62,278 bases of DNA, filler included, from Dugesia japonica (GCA_001938525.1; 5 parts of 5 records of this genome joined end to end with filler, not necessarily neighbours in it), one strand, 5' to 3'; shown: positions 40,679 through 54,093, counted from the whole stretch's first letter. Numbers and translations: made by a program. Notes: generated by a model from the sequence alone, not told the origin.

Positions 40679-40974
40679 CAGTGGTGCGTTTACAGAAAAT
40701 TAGTCCGTATGAGCACTCTTTTTTGGAGCCTTTTTAACATGTACACTGAGGGTAGACTGGTGGTGTGCAGCCTTAGTCTATGTGCAATAAGTTTCTTAAA
40801 AACTGCAAATTTCCATTATATTGATGATATTTATATTATATTACTGACGTAAAGTTATTAAAGTCAAAATTTATAAAAGTTTCTTTTAATTTAAAAATTT
40901 TTATTCGTTCGATTGGAGGCCCTTCAAGATATCTAGGTTCACAACTAGTGTGATCATGCGTAAACGCACCACTT
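40679..40974. mobile_element. hAT-type MITE
   Basis: TIRs CAGTGGTGCGTTTAC and GTAAACGCACCACT. No clear TSD. Confidence 0.6.
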
Positions 40975-41162
40975 TAAAAGTTTATACATATTAGTTAAAT
41001 TACAAACTAAATTATTACTTAAATATATACAAAGTGACAAGGCTATATTTACTATTTATTTTTATGCAATAAATTTTTAAGTTCAAATGAGACCAAAGCA
41101 AATTTGGAGCAAAAATTTATTTTTAAATTTTAATTTGATTTATAATTAATTTTAATTGACCC

Positions 41163-42120
41163 CCTAGTAGATAGATAGTGGCGCACTAAACTGCATCCCT
41201 CCCACCGGCAAAGTAGTTTGATTTTTTAGTGCAGAATATTTGTAATTTGATTGGTCGAATAGTTAGGTAGTAAAAAGTTTTGATTTTGCATTTCATTGGT
41301 CGATGTTTGGCTGGAGAAGTTCAAAAATTTGAATATTCGTTTAAAGTTTTTTTGGCGAATTTTTATCATACTGTTTTACAGTTGGTACTGTTGAACTCAG
41401 AATTGAAAACTGAACATTTGCTGTTTTAAAAACCTTGGTTCTCTCAGAAAAAGTAGTAGCGCCAAAACCCACTTTGATTTTGGTTTAGAAATTTCTCAGT
41501 TAAAAATGCTTATATGGTTTTGAATGTAGTACTAATCGTAAAAGATTTAAAAACGTAATATTTCATATAAGATTTGCTGTATAAAGGCGTTATATTCAAG
41601 GAATAATATATAATTACTTATATAAATATAAATTATAATTAAATTAATAATTATTTTTAAAATACTTTTACACTATTCGACTCAGAATTAAAACTTCTAT
41701 AGGAATATAACTTTAGCTTTTCAAAACACGCTTGGTTCTCTCAGTAAAGATAGTGGTGAACTTAACCATACCCCCTTTGGCTTAAAAATTTAAACTCAAA
41801 TCATATATTATTGGATAAAAAATTAAAACTTAGGCTGGAAAATTATGCATGCAAAACATTTGAAAAGGTTATCTTCACTATGGTAATTGAGGTCAAAGTT
41901 TTTAATTAAAAATTTCAAATAATTTATTTCTTAGGCAAGAGTTATTGTATGAGGTTGAATTTAATATCAATATTCTTAGAATTAAAAGTTTTTTATTTGG
42001 TCTATAAGATTTGTTAAAAGAATATGCTTGGTTCTCTCAGAAAATGATGTGGCGCCTTAAACCACTTTGATTTTGCTTTAGAATTTCCTCATTTAAAACT
42101 AATCGTATTATTTTGAATTT
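41163..42120 (+). mobile_element. Polinton-like terminus followed by three ~295-bp degenerate tandem units
   Basis: AGTAGATAGATAGTGGCGCACT at 41166. CTTGGTTCTCTCAG recurs at ~41435, ~41730 and ~42027. Confidence 0.6.
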
Positions 42121-43104
42121 TGCCTCATAATAATCAGAATAAAAAGTTACATATACATTATTTAAAGGACAGCTAACTAAAAATCCTTCTTTTCATTCCT
42201 TTCATTTCATTTATTAATATTAATTCATTTTTTTATTCAATACCTGTCATCAAATAAAAATTTTGATTTTGAAAATTCAAATTATTATCAAAGACTAAAT
42301 AAAATTTGATCGAAGTTTATATTTTAATGAACTATATCATTAGCTGTAAACTGAAATGAATCATGACTATGAAATCATGTTAATTCATTGTAAACAATGA
42401 ATTTTAAAAAGATGTGATGAAATTGAATCATATACATTGAGATATGAAATGAATTTTATTCAGGTTTTCAAGAATTGGTGGCTTGTATTAATCAAACACA
42501 TATATGTACCAATTTTTTTAATCTAAATGAAGCCAAGTACAATGGAAATTCTTATATAGAGGTAAATAGAATATGAAAAATTTTATCAACAATGCAAAGC
42601 GTCTATGAAATTTTAGACAGATTTAATTGAATCAGGATAATTATTAGGTAATTTTCCGAAATTTCTCTGAAATTTTTAAGAATTTTTTTAACACTTCTTG
42701 AAAATTCTGCAAAGATTTCCTAGTGTAAATTTCCATTACTTCCAATATAATATAGTCATCTATACTTCATTGTTACCATCTACCCGCATGTCTGCTTGCA
42801 CCTTTGCCTACAACTCGTTTGGTCTTCTGCTTGCATCTCTGCTTTTTCTCTATCTTCTTTCCTCTAAAATTTAAAAAACCAGCACTTTTAGTAATTTCTA
42901 GAAATATTTCATTCATTTCTATAAATTTTTGTTAATATGAATAAATTTCTTATGCTTCGGAGCATACTTTACTTATAATTTTCAATAATATTTTTATTAG
43001 TTGTATTTAGTTTTACAGGCTTTAATGGACTTGAATACTATAATTATTAAATAAATTAAATGTATAATAGTTCATTATATTATACATTATACATTATTAT
43101 ACTA

Positions 43105-43422
43105 TTCATGCAGAAACTAAAGGATTTAGGATTTGAAGGTCTGTCTCATACACCATACTCCCCAGACCTGTTGGCAAATGACTATCATTTGTTTACCATC
43201 TCTCCAATTTTCTTTAAGAGAAAGTCTTCCATAACAACAACAAGGCCTTCCACGGGTTTTTTGAATCCAGGACAGCGGATTTCTATTTTATTGGCATAAA
43301 TAAACTTATTTCTCGTTTGGAGAGATGTATTGATTGTAATGGTTCATATTTTGAATAAATTATCTTTATGTTTTCCGAGATTTTTACTTTTAAAAACCGC
43401 AATTATTTTCTTACCAACCTAG
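43105..43422 (+). mobile_element. Mariner 3' end with TIR
   Basis: QKLKDLGFEGLSHTPYSPDLLANDYHLF (YSPDL motif). TIR AAAACCGCAATTATTTTCTTACCAACCTA then GTA. Confidence 0.9.
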
Positions 43423-43639
43423 TATTTATTTAGTGAAGTGGATCATGCTCATCATGACAATCTTCTACTTTTATCCACTTATCTTCTGTGTAGCTACTTT
43501 TTCCTGTATTTACCTTGTATGGTGGCCACTGTTCCTTCNNNNNNNNNNNNNNNNNNNNNNNNNNNNNNNNNNNNNNNNNNNNTTAATTAATTAANNNNNN
43601 NNNNNNNNNNNNNNNNNNNNNNNNNNNNNNNNNNNNNNT

Positions 43640-46600
43640 TACAACTCAAGTGTTCATTTTTATGGAAACGAATAACAAAATAAAAGATTCTGAGGAAACT
43701 ACTTACAGTCCCTACTTTGATCTTCTGACAAATTTCACAACTAGGAACTATTTTCTGTATTTGACTCCGCAAATTCTGTTTGTTTCTCATGTATTCGTAT
43801 ACCTTGTCAACTCTTGCATGACATAATAATATATGTATTNCTTCTATTGTCTTATATATTTTGTCCTCCAAAAATTTTATTTTCTTGATTAAATCTGTGT
43901 CCTCAGAAATGTTTAATTACTTTTCTTTTTCCTTTACAATCATGTTTAGTATTCTCGTTTTAATCTTTCCTTTCTTGGCATCTTCATGTGATATTTGAAA
44001 TTGTACACATACCTCACATCTTGGTCTGTATAACATATCTAATTACCATGTTGAATTGCTTTTCTATATTCCAGAACCATGTCTAGACTACTCAGATGGT
44101 TAATCCATGTCTGAAATTGCAATGTAATTAGTTTCTTCGTCGTCATCATGATGGTTAGAGCTTTATGATCTGTTCTAATAGTAAATATTCTATTGTACAA
44201 ATAGTGTTTGAAGTGCATGCAGAAATAATAAACAGCCAATAATTCCTTTCGTGTGATGAAATATCCCTTTTCATGATTCATCATTGAATGTGATCTATAG
44301 GCAACAACTCTTTCTCTTCTTTCCTTATCTCTCTGTGACAATACTGCACCAATCGTATCAAAACTGGCATCTGTATCTAATTTAAATTCTTTGTTTATGC
44401 CTTGAAAACACAATATTGGGTAGTCATTAGAGATTTCTTTAGACTCTCAAAAGTATCGTTTATTTCACTTGTCTATTCTAATTTTGTCGTACTTGGCGCG
44501 CTACAAAACTGCTCTAAGATCCTTGATTTTCTTGTGAAGTTTTCTAAAAAAGTTCTGTAATAATTACATATTCCTAAGAAACTTCGTAACTTCTTCACAC
44601 AGTTAGGTTTGCCAAATGTTCTTATTGCTTCTATTTTAGACGGATCAATACTGACATCATTTTTGCTAATTATGTGTCAAAAAAACTTGATTTCGCTTTG
44701 AAGAAACTGACAATTTTTTGGATTAACTAATAGACCAGCCTTCATTATTTACGTCAATACTTTTTCAATTACTTTTTCGTGTTGATCTTTATTGTTNGTA
44801 AATATCAAGATGTCATCAAGATAAACCATGGCTCCATTGATTCCGCCTACCACTTTTGTCATCACCTCTTGAAATGTCCCTGGTACCGCTGTGATGCTAA
44901 ATGGCATTCTATTAAAACAACATTGTCTATGCTTCGTTAAAAACGCCGTTTTTTTTGAGATTCTTCTTTGAGCTCTATCTGATAGTACTCATTTCCTAAA
45001 TCTATTAAACTGAAATATTTGGCTCCATCTAACTTGTCCACCATTTCATCGACATTAGGCATAGGAAAGGCTTGTCCTTTCGTTACTACATTCAATTTTC
45101 TAATATCCAAGCATATTCTTATGTCCTTCTTTTCTTTTTTTAAAACACAGATCAATGGGGTATTCCATGGAGAGTTTCATTTCCGGATAAAATTATTCTC
45201 GAAAAGGTTTTGGATCGCTTCTTTAATTTTAACTTCTAAATTCATTGGTTGTTTATACGGTTTTACATTTATTGGTTCACCACTTGTGATTATTTTGTGT
45301 CTTGTCAGATGTATGCTTCCTAAATCCCATTTATCTGCCATAAAAGCATCTTCGTTACTTCCAATTATTTTCGATAACCGTTGATCCTCTTTAATCTTCA
45401 AAATATTTAAGGCTCTTGTCAATCGCTCTCCTTTTNNNNNNNNNNNNNNNNNNNNNNNNNNNNNNNNNNNNNNNNNNNNNNNNNNNNNNNNNNNNNNNNN
45501 NNNNNNNNNNNNNNNNNNNNNNNNNNNNNNNNNNNNNNNNNNNNNNNNNNNNNNNNNNNNNNNTCTGGTGTTACTCTTTCAGCAACTAAGTAATCTCTTT
45601 GCAAACTTCTTCAATTATCACTCCGGTTCTAACTTTCCCAACCATTTCAAGTGTACTATTATTTGCACAACGCAATTTTTCATTACTCATTTGTAAATTT
45701 ACTTCTCGTAATTTATTAAAACAACTCAAACTCATCACGTTAATTCGAGCCCTTGTATCTAATAGACATTCTACTTTATGTCCTTGAATTGATACCGTAA
45801 CACTTGGTCTGGCTTGCAATTTATGGTACGAAATATTTGCTTTCTTTTCTGTTTCAACTGTTGCAACCCATTCTGCTTTTCTATTCTCCGCAAAATATTC
45901 CATCTTTAAGAACCTGTATACTTTTTCTATAACTTTCTCGATATCATCTTACTTTTCTATCTCTTGAAGATAATAACTAACTTCATTTAACAATGGATGT
46001 CTCCAACTAACTCCTCTACTGGTGTAGCCTGCCTTTTGGAATGACTTTCATATACTTCCATATATCCATCGTTTATACTGAAATCTTCATCGGCAATCGC
46101 ATGTACTTGATTATATCGGTTTTTTGATTTTTCTGCAGTCATAAATTTCTCACTTGTTTTTCATTTTCAAATTTGTGTTGCACTCTTCTGCTCCATGTCC
46201 ACCATTACCACATCGTTTATATCTCACTTCTTGACATAACCTTTTAATATGGCCAACATTTTCACATTCAAAACATTTTGTTGGTTTTTTATTTGGACAA
46301 TCTCGACTTATATATCCTGTTTTATGGCAAGTGTAACACTCTACCTTGTTTTTTGTTCGGACATTTTGATTTAGTAAGGCCGATCCTATGACATGACCAA
46401 CATTCGATATTTTGTTTTTTCTTTCTTTGCTCCACATGTCTATTTACTGTATGATTTACTGGTTTCTGATATTTCGATTTATAACTCTTGCGTAACTTCT
46501 AACTCCATCAACTCAATCTATGTTTTTCTCTACTCAATCTACTAGTGTCATTGTTTCTTCAATTTCTTCTATATTCTCTCTTTTTCTCAAAGTCACTTCT

Positions 46601-47190
46601 TCTTAATACTTTTTTATTATCTGAACAATATACTAGCATCTTTGCTACCATTTTGTCTTTAATAAAATCTTTATTTGTAAATAATCTTTCCACTAAATTC
46701 TTTACATTTTTAAACTAAACTTGAATCTCTTCATTTCCACGCCTGTAGTTAATCAAATTTTGAAAGATAACATCTTTCTCTTTCTCAAATAACATACGTA
46801 AACTGGCCTGAAATCATTCAACTTTTTTCAACGTCTTTGTATATTCTTCCAACAAATCTTCATCTAACATACAAGAGACTAATCTCTCATGTTGCTTCAC
46901 ATGAGTGATGTTTTTAGCTTCAAAATAAAATTCACACCGCTTGTTGAATTTCTCAATATCATTTCCTCTGCAGAAAACTTTCGGCAATAACTTCTCTGTA
47001 ATGGAATCGGTATTTACCGCTGCCATCATGTTAGGTAAATCTTCAATTGGTAATTCATTTTTCAAATCAGAACTAATATTTTGGGACATCATTTATTTTA
47101 CTACAACAACTCTGCTATGATTGAAACTTAGTACTGATTTAATTCAATTTCTATTGGCTAAAAATATTAAATAATAATTATTTCTTTTTT
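43640..47190 (-). mobile_element. Ty3/Gypsy family A, near full-length but decayed (LTR-PBS-gag-PR-RT-RH-IN start)
   Basis: 5' LTR ~47190-47029 and PBS TGATGGCAGCGGT. Three CCHC-like knuckles, protease LLDTR, RT VYLDD (~44815), RNase H LDTDASFDTIGAVLSQ, integrase HILLCH..CEIC. Cut by a contig spacer. Confidence 0.93.
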
Positions 47191-49992
47191 TATAATTATA
47201 ATAATAATTATAATAATAATTATAATAACAGATTATGCATTTTATTTACAAAATAATTCAACTACGTATTGTTTAAAAATACAAATTAATTCTTAATAAT
47301 ATTATTTATCTGATTTATTTTTAAAATAATATAATAAAAGCACTAATGATTTGTATTATTATCCTTTAATGCATATTAATCATATACAGTAAACAGTATA
47401 AAGATTATATGTATTTCTTTTTAATTATTTCTTATTAAATTAATCAATAATTCAATTTCAACTTGAATTTTTTTCAAATTAATTTATATCATAATTGCAT
47501 TTTTTTAAAATTATTTTCTGAGTTAATATTTAAGCTAATCGTAATTATAAATATAATTACAATAATATTATTAAATATATTATAATAATTTCCAATATAA
47601 CAAAAAAAAAGTTTTAAAAATCAATAAAATTTCTCAGAAGCGTATTAGAATTTAGAGATGTTATACAAAATATAATTAGTTTTGAACATAAGAATATTAG
47701 TTCTGGAACGCTTTTTAACAATTCATTATGTTATATTTTCTTGTGAATCATTCTCTGTAAAAGATAAATCAATAATATGTACAAATTATTTAATTACGAA
47801 TAAAATTAAGTCTGATAGAATGAATATATTTATCGTCTTAATAATAATCGTAAAATTTTTGTCTGTTATAAATAAATTTTATAAATAATTAAAAATAATC
47901 ATTAATATGTATTAATATTATTTTTCTTAATATTTGTTTATTATTAATTTTCTTTCTACACAATTACGTCCCAAAGAAGATAACGTTTCATTGAAATCTA
48001 TTTCTATAAAATACCATATTCTTAAAGACATATATTCTTAAAATATCCNNNNNNNNNNNNNNNNNNNNNNNNNNNNNNNNNNNNNNNNNNNNNNNNNNNN
48101 NNNNNNNNNNNNNNNAATATTCAATGGTAACTAATTTTATCTCCACATTATATAGGACTCCAATTAATCAATATCCATTTTTAAAACAAAAATTAGTTTT
48201 TATATAAACCGATTTTTAATGCCTTTGTCAAAATTATTATTGTTGTTATCATTAAAATCATGTTTATTATTACCATGGTTAAAAATTTTCTGGGTTCTAA
48301 AAAGGGTCTTAGTGATAATAGTTTTGGAGTTCTATGATGCTTGCTCAACTATGGTATGCAATACAATGTTTAGCATTACATTTTTATATTACGTTTTTGC
48401 ATGACATTTTTGGCTTATATTTACTGAACTAACTAATTACAATTTTGTATAAATTATTTATTGGTACTTTTTATTGGAAATGTAACTAGAACTGAAGTAA
48501 GACTAATAAAACTGAAATTTGTAACGAATATTCCGTAATTATTAATATAACTATTAATCATTAAACTCGCTATATTTCTCCTGTATTACTCCTGGTAAAT
48601 CCACTTAAATTCCGATAATTAAAAATTAAAAAGATAATAAATCTCAACATTAATTGAACTGTATTCATGTTATTCATAAGTTATTACATCTTAAATATTG
48701 ATATTAATAATTTGTTAATTTAATAGTTATATAAATCTTAAATATTATATGAATATTAATATTATACTCTAATATTCACCAAAATACATTTTTATTATTA
48801 GATGAGGCTTTTAGGCGCAATACAAGAAATAGGATTCTTTATGGAAACTAAATAAATAAATATAAACAGCTTGCTAATTACAGTGGGAAGCTATCTACTA
48901 TTTATTTGCTTAACTTAATATTGATTAAACATGTAGTCCATATAATTCTAAAACTTCAATTGCTACTGAACCACTTTTATACTTAACTATCTTTACAATT
49001 ACTTCTGATTGGTTAATTCCTTTCATCCATAAAATTTTGTGAACTTAATATTATTCACATTAAGATAATAATTTATTTTTAATATTAAACTATTGGGTCA
49101 TCTAATTTTTTCACCAACCTTTTGATTTACACTATATTTTTTTAAATTTGGTCCTTTTTTATCCAATAAAATTTCTAATAACTTTATTGGTTTAGAATTT
49201 TAGTTGTTTGACATTCAAATTAGTCTTCAAATAGCACCTTTAATGCATGTTATCGAATTTTTCTGTTACGTTTTAATTTATTAGCATTTTTTACATCTAA
49301 TTCTGATCCACTGCTCACATTTGTATCTGTTTAATCACTTTTTATCNGTTTAATTTAAATANTTTTCACTAGTTATTTCCNTTAAAATTTACTCCTTTTT
49401 TATTTTCAAAATAGATAATTTTAAATGGTTTTTCTTAATTATTTAACAAAAAAAATCCATCTTAATATATAAATCTTCTATTATTTTATTGAAATTATAT
49501 TTTCTTATTTATTAAGCTCAATTAAGAGTTGTTTGAATGAATTCAGACAACTGAATAAGTATTTTAATTTGAATTATTTTCATTATGATATCAACTTAAT
49601 AAGAGAGTATAACATTTATCATTTTTCTCTCAATGTCGACCTTTGTGTAATTATTAAAATAACTTGAAGAAATATAATCTGACTCAAAATGTTTGAAATT
49701 CGAAATTCTTATTGCAGACAATGAGAATTATATTGAAAGATTTTCATGAAATTAAATACTATAGAAATTTCTTTACTATTACTTAATGTATCAATATACT
49801 TTGTAATTTATTCTTTTTTCTAATTCTCTATTTAATTTTCAGTCAATATTCTTTGTTTAATATATTTAAAATTAAAAATGGAAATTTATTATTTGATCAA
49901 GTTTAGATTAGTTTTAATTTTTTCTTTTTGTTTGTAATATTACAAATTATCAATTAAATTATTTGAATAACTTATTTATTTATTAAAAAGTC

Positions 49993-50027
49993 AATTCCTG
50001 AAGAAGACAAGGTGGAAATATTGAATT
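49993..50027 (+). ncRNA. Second, degenerate copy of the minimal hammerhead motif
   Basis: AAUUC-CUGAAGA-A-GAC-AAG-GUG-GAAA-UAUU-GAAUU, with the stem II closing pair broken. Shares the tail TTTTGATCGAAGCTTTTAT with the 19431 copy. Confidence 0.55.
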
Positions 50028-53000
50028 TTTATCAAATATCAATAAAAAACAAAAATTTTGATCGAAGCTTTTATATTAAATGAATTCTGTAAAACGATCA
50101 ATGGTTGTGTCCAACAAATATTCTCGCAATAATTGCAATTGTAAAACCTTATTATTACTATTTTTCATTAAGGTTTTCATATTTTCGAATATGACTTTCG
50201 GTATAGTTTTAAAAATAAAATTAATCCCGAATTTAACACACATAAATGGTATTTCATTCACCTTGAGTTTATATAGTTTTTACATCCCGAGGACTAGATT
50301 CGACAGACTTGAGCGTCATTTGAAGTCTCAAAGGATTTTACCCTCCTGGAGTCAAAGAGATGGTATGATCTCAATTCCTCCCGAAGGAAGTCTCAAGAAC
50401 GCACAGGTACTAACAATCACTAACTAATCACATCAGTGCATGAACTGTTCAAGAAGGTGAAATAGGGGAGCGAGAAAAAGTGACTATCATTTTATGTGGC
50501 AGACGAACATTAGTTGTAAACTCTGTGTGTGGATAGGAGTCCACAGCTCGGGTCTTTGCCCTCGTGAGTATGGAGTAGACACAATTCTGTCTCAGAGATT
50601 AAACATAGAAGAACAGTTCCTAATGGAGTGAACTTTTACACAATTGAATTAAAAAAATAAGAAATAAATTACCAATTTTAGTTTATTTTTAAATTACATT
50701 TCATAATTTTGAAAAATAAAATATTTATATTCGTTTAAATATACAAGACGTTTAATGAAGCGTTATATTTGTAAGTAAAAAAATAAAATGATTAAAATGA
50801 ACAAATTTATAGTCATTGGAGGTTTAATAAAATATTCAAGAGAAATATTCATTTTAAAATATTTATTTTGCACTCTGTGATGTTGAAATATTACCAATTA
50901 ATTTATAGTTATTGATTTTAAAATCCTAGAAATAAAAAAAAATTATCTGAATATTAAATGTAAATTTAAATTTTATTAGACCATAAATATTTTAATTTGA
51001 TAAATTGAAATTTTGTGAAAATAAATTAAATTAAAACAAAATAGATTAAATTGTCATTTAGCTAAATTTGCTATAATTATATTAGTAGATATAAAGAAAT
51101 ATTATAAAACTAAAGATTAATTTTTTCTGCGAGCAAAGGAAATCAATTAATTAAAACAATTTATTCAATAATGTAATTTTATATTATGAAATACAATTAG
51201 AAATTAATTAAAATCTAATTTTTCATTATATATTTCATTATGTTCTACTAATATAACAGTCGTAAATGGAATAAGAAATATTAATTTTATTTATGCATAT
51301 TATTTTTTGTTAGTCAGAAATATACTCTCAATTATTTTGATTTATATTTAGAAAAAAAATAAATAACTAAAAATAATTATGATTAATTGGGTCCTAAGTC
51401 AGTTTTTCTTAAAAATCAAACTAGGTATTTAAATAATTACATTTTTGCGTTTAAAAGAAGTATATTTAAAATCAGTTAGATTTTATAAAACGAAATAGAA
51501 TATATTATATAGTAAAATCTTTTGAGATAAGAGCTTAATGTTTTATTATAAAATGTTTGATTCAATTAGTTCGGATAGTGATTTTATTAAATAATAATAA
51601 TTTCATCAAATTTATAATTTTAAAATAATATATTAATACAAACAAGCAACCAAGCAAAACAGATTACTAATGTGATGTAAATTTCTGATGGTGACTTTTC
51701 TATCCACTCACAATAGATTTTCTATCTATTCAAACGGAAATTTACATTTCCATGGACCTAAACTTTTTTAAGAATTAGAAAACCTATTTCATTAATTTTG
51801 AAAACCCGAAGTTCATTTATAGCCATAAAAACATTATTATTTATTACACATCCATTACACAACCATTTTTTTTATTATTAATATTTATAAATTTGCTAAA
51901 ACGCAAACCCTTAAAAACTTTCATAATAAACGTCTATCTAGCTATGTAAGAACTGTTCTTCTCAGTTTAATCTCTGGGACATGACCAATCTGTAACCCTT
52001 AACCTCAACCTTGACCAAATTCCAAATCGATTATCTTTTTGAACAGTTCAAGCACAATTATGATTAGCGAAAAAACCTATGATCAGGATTCTAAACATCC
52101 TGTCTAACCAAGTGAAGAGTATTCTGATGGAGTGAATAGCGACACATAAAAAAACGTGAAAAAATACGTTTTCGTAGCGTTAAATTCGAGATTAAACTAC
52201 AAAATTGAAATAAAATATCAGTAGTTAATCAACGTAGTGAGTAATAAATACTTTTTCGTATTTATTTCTTGGTATAATAAACGTATTACGGATATAATTA
52301 ATTAACTAATTAATTTAACTAATTTAAATAATATATGTATTTATATTTATATATGTATTTATATTTGTGTCACATAATTCCTATCGTAAGCTATTTGATA
52401 GCTAATTAATATCCCATCTTATGTAATAATAAGAAATGGAATTTATTATATCATAATTTAACCTATGATAAATGAAATCATTGGTTGAGATTTGATATAT
52501 TTCGATGAATCAGAAGTGATTCAGTTTATATTTTATTATTTAATAAATATTTGTGTTAGATTGACTTTGTATTCTAACCTAACAAAACTACTTTATATTT
52601 TATAAAGAAATTTATTGGTCCAGAATAAATGAATTAATTCGGGTAAACGAGCAAAAGGTTTCTGGTCAAAATATTTACCTGCTATTAATGTTTTATTATT
52701 TATCCAATAAGTGAAATTTTATTATATTATTCAATAAGTGAAATTTTATTATATTATTCAATTAAAATATAAAACCGTGGGATAACATTAAAATCTATAT
52801 TAAAATTAATTCAAATAGTTCTAGTAAAATAAATTATTAGTAACTGATTAAAGCTGAATTTGTTTTAATAATAAACAAATTAAGCAATTTAAAAATGTAA
52901 TAATAGTTGAATTATCTGTGGTTGTTAATTAAGAATATTATTATATTAGTTTATAACTGGAATTGGTTGTGAACGATATTGGAAGGATCTTGTATCTTTT

Positions 53001-53379
53001 ATGCCAGTGTAATCTTTTTGATCTCTTTTTGTTACTATAACTGTAAAGTATATATTGCCATTTGAGTATTGCTGAATTATTTATTACGGTTCTAATTACA
53101 TTAGTTGATTATTAATCAAACAATTCAATTCATTAGTCATTATTTAGACTTATTTATTACTGTTGTAACTTTGTTATTTAATTAATAATTAAATAATTCA
53201 ATTTATTAACTTAAGTTAACTCAGCTAGTTGATTATTGTATTATTGGGTGGGATATCCTTATTATTTACTTGATTAGAGNNNNNNNNNNNNNNNNNNNNN
53301 NNNNNNNNNNNNNNNNNNNNNNNTTAATTAATTAANNNNNNNNNNNNNNNNNNNNNNNNNNNNNNNNNNNNNNNNNNNN

Positions 53380-53530
53380 GGGGGGGGGTCATCGTGCCAG
53401 TGCTGACGTATCCCACTACTCTTTAATTATACCAATTTTCTGGCTGATGGTAGTATCACTAATCTAAGGTAATATATGTCCAATGTGAAATGGTTTCATA
53501 TATAATTTGGTAGTTATTACCTTTTTTCTG
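53380..53530 (-). mobile_element. Polinton-like terminus (to 53420) abutting a Penelope RT fragment
   Basis: TATCCCACTACT as at 38544. 53435-53520 is homologous to 34400-34485. Confidence 0.5.
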
Positions 53531-53539
53531 TTCAACGAC

Positions 53540-54093
53540 GTGTTTTTGCAGAATAGTATTTCGGATAGTTGATAATTTGTAAAACTTAATGAGTCAACGA
53601 GATTTTCAACACCAATCTAATATCAGACAAAANCGTATTTTCGTCATCGGAGAATGTTGCATGATGATGTCATCAAAAATACTACTGCGAGTTTTTGTGC
53701 TTTCTTCATCATCGCCACTAGATTCGTTTTCATCACTGTTCAAATGAAATGAATCATCATCATTCTTTTCTTCTTCTTCACTTTCACTTTCACTGTCATC
53801 ATCATCATCTTTCGAACTGTATTCGGGATCTCAGGAACATGCCTTTTATACAAAATGTCCGTAATGACAAGATATGTGCCGTGATTATGGCATATTTGTG
53901 TCTCTAAAGGTATGATTCGACTTTCGATGACTATTTCGTGGATTGTTCTTATATGAGTGATTAGCGCAGAAGTGCTAGATCCCTTGTATTTGATGACAGT
54001 ATTACAGGCATTACATTTTGCATTGTCAACCGTTATTTTTGAAAAATAATTCCAGACTGAAGACATTGCTTTTGGCATATTGCAGTTTTTCAA
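53540..54093 (-). mobile_element. hAT transposase remnant with BED zinc finger
   Basis: SSVWNYF..AKCNAC..SSTSALITHIRTIH (zf-BED), deletion-joined to CHNHGTYLVITDILY and an acidic tract. Confidence 0.8.

Noticed and set aside
45019-45384. Antisense ORFs over Gypsy pol (also 5104-5385, 55107-55487)
   Set aside because: Shadow frames of RT and integrase coding sequence.
48116-49450. Possible decayed LINE-like coding region on the minus strand
   Set aside because: Strand-biased composition only. I could not read a diagnostic endonuclease or RT motif.
24094-53335. TTAATTAATTAA islands inside N runs as a biological repeat
   Set aside because: An identical six-frame-stop linker between N runs indicates an assembly spacer. 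Adjacency across these points should not be trusted.
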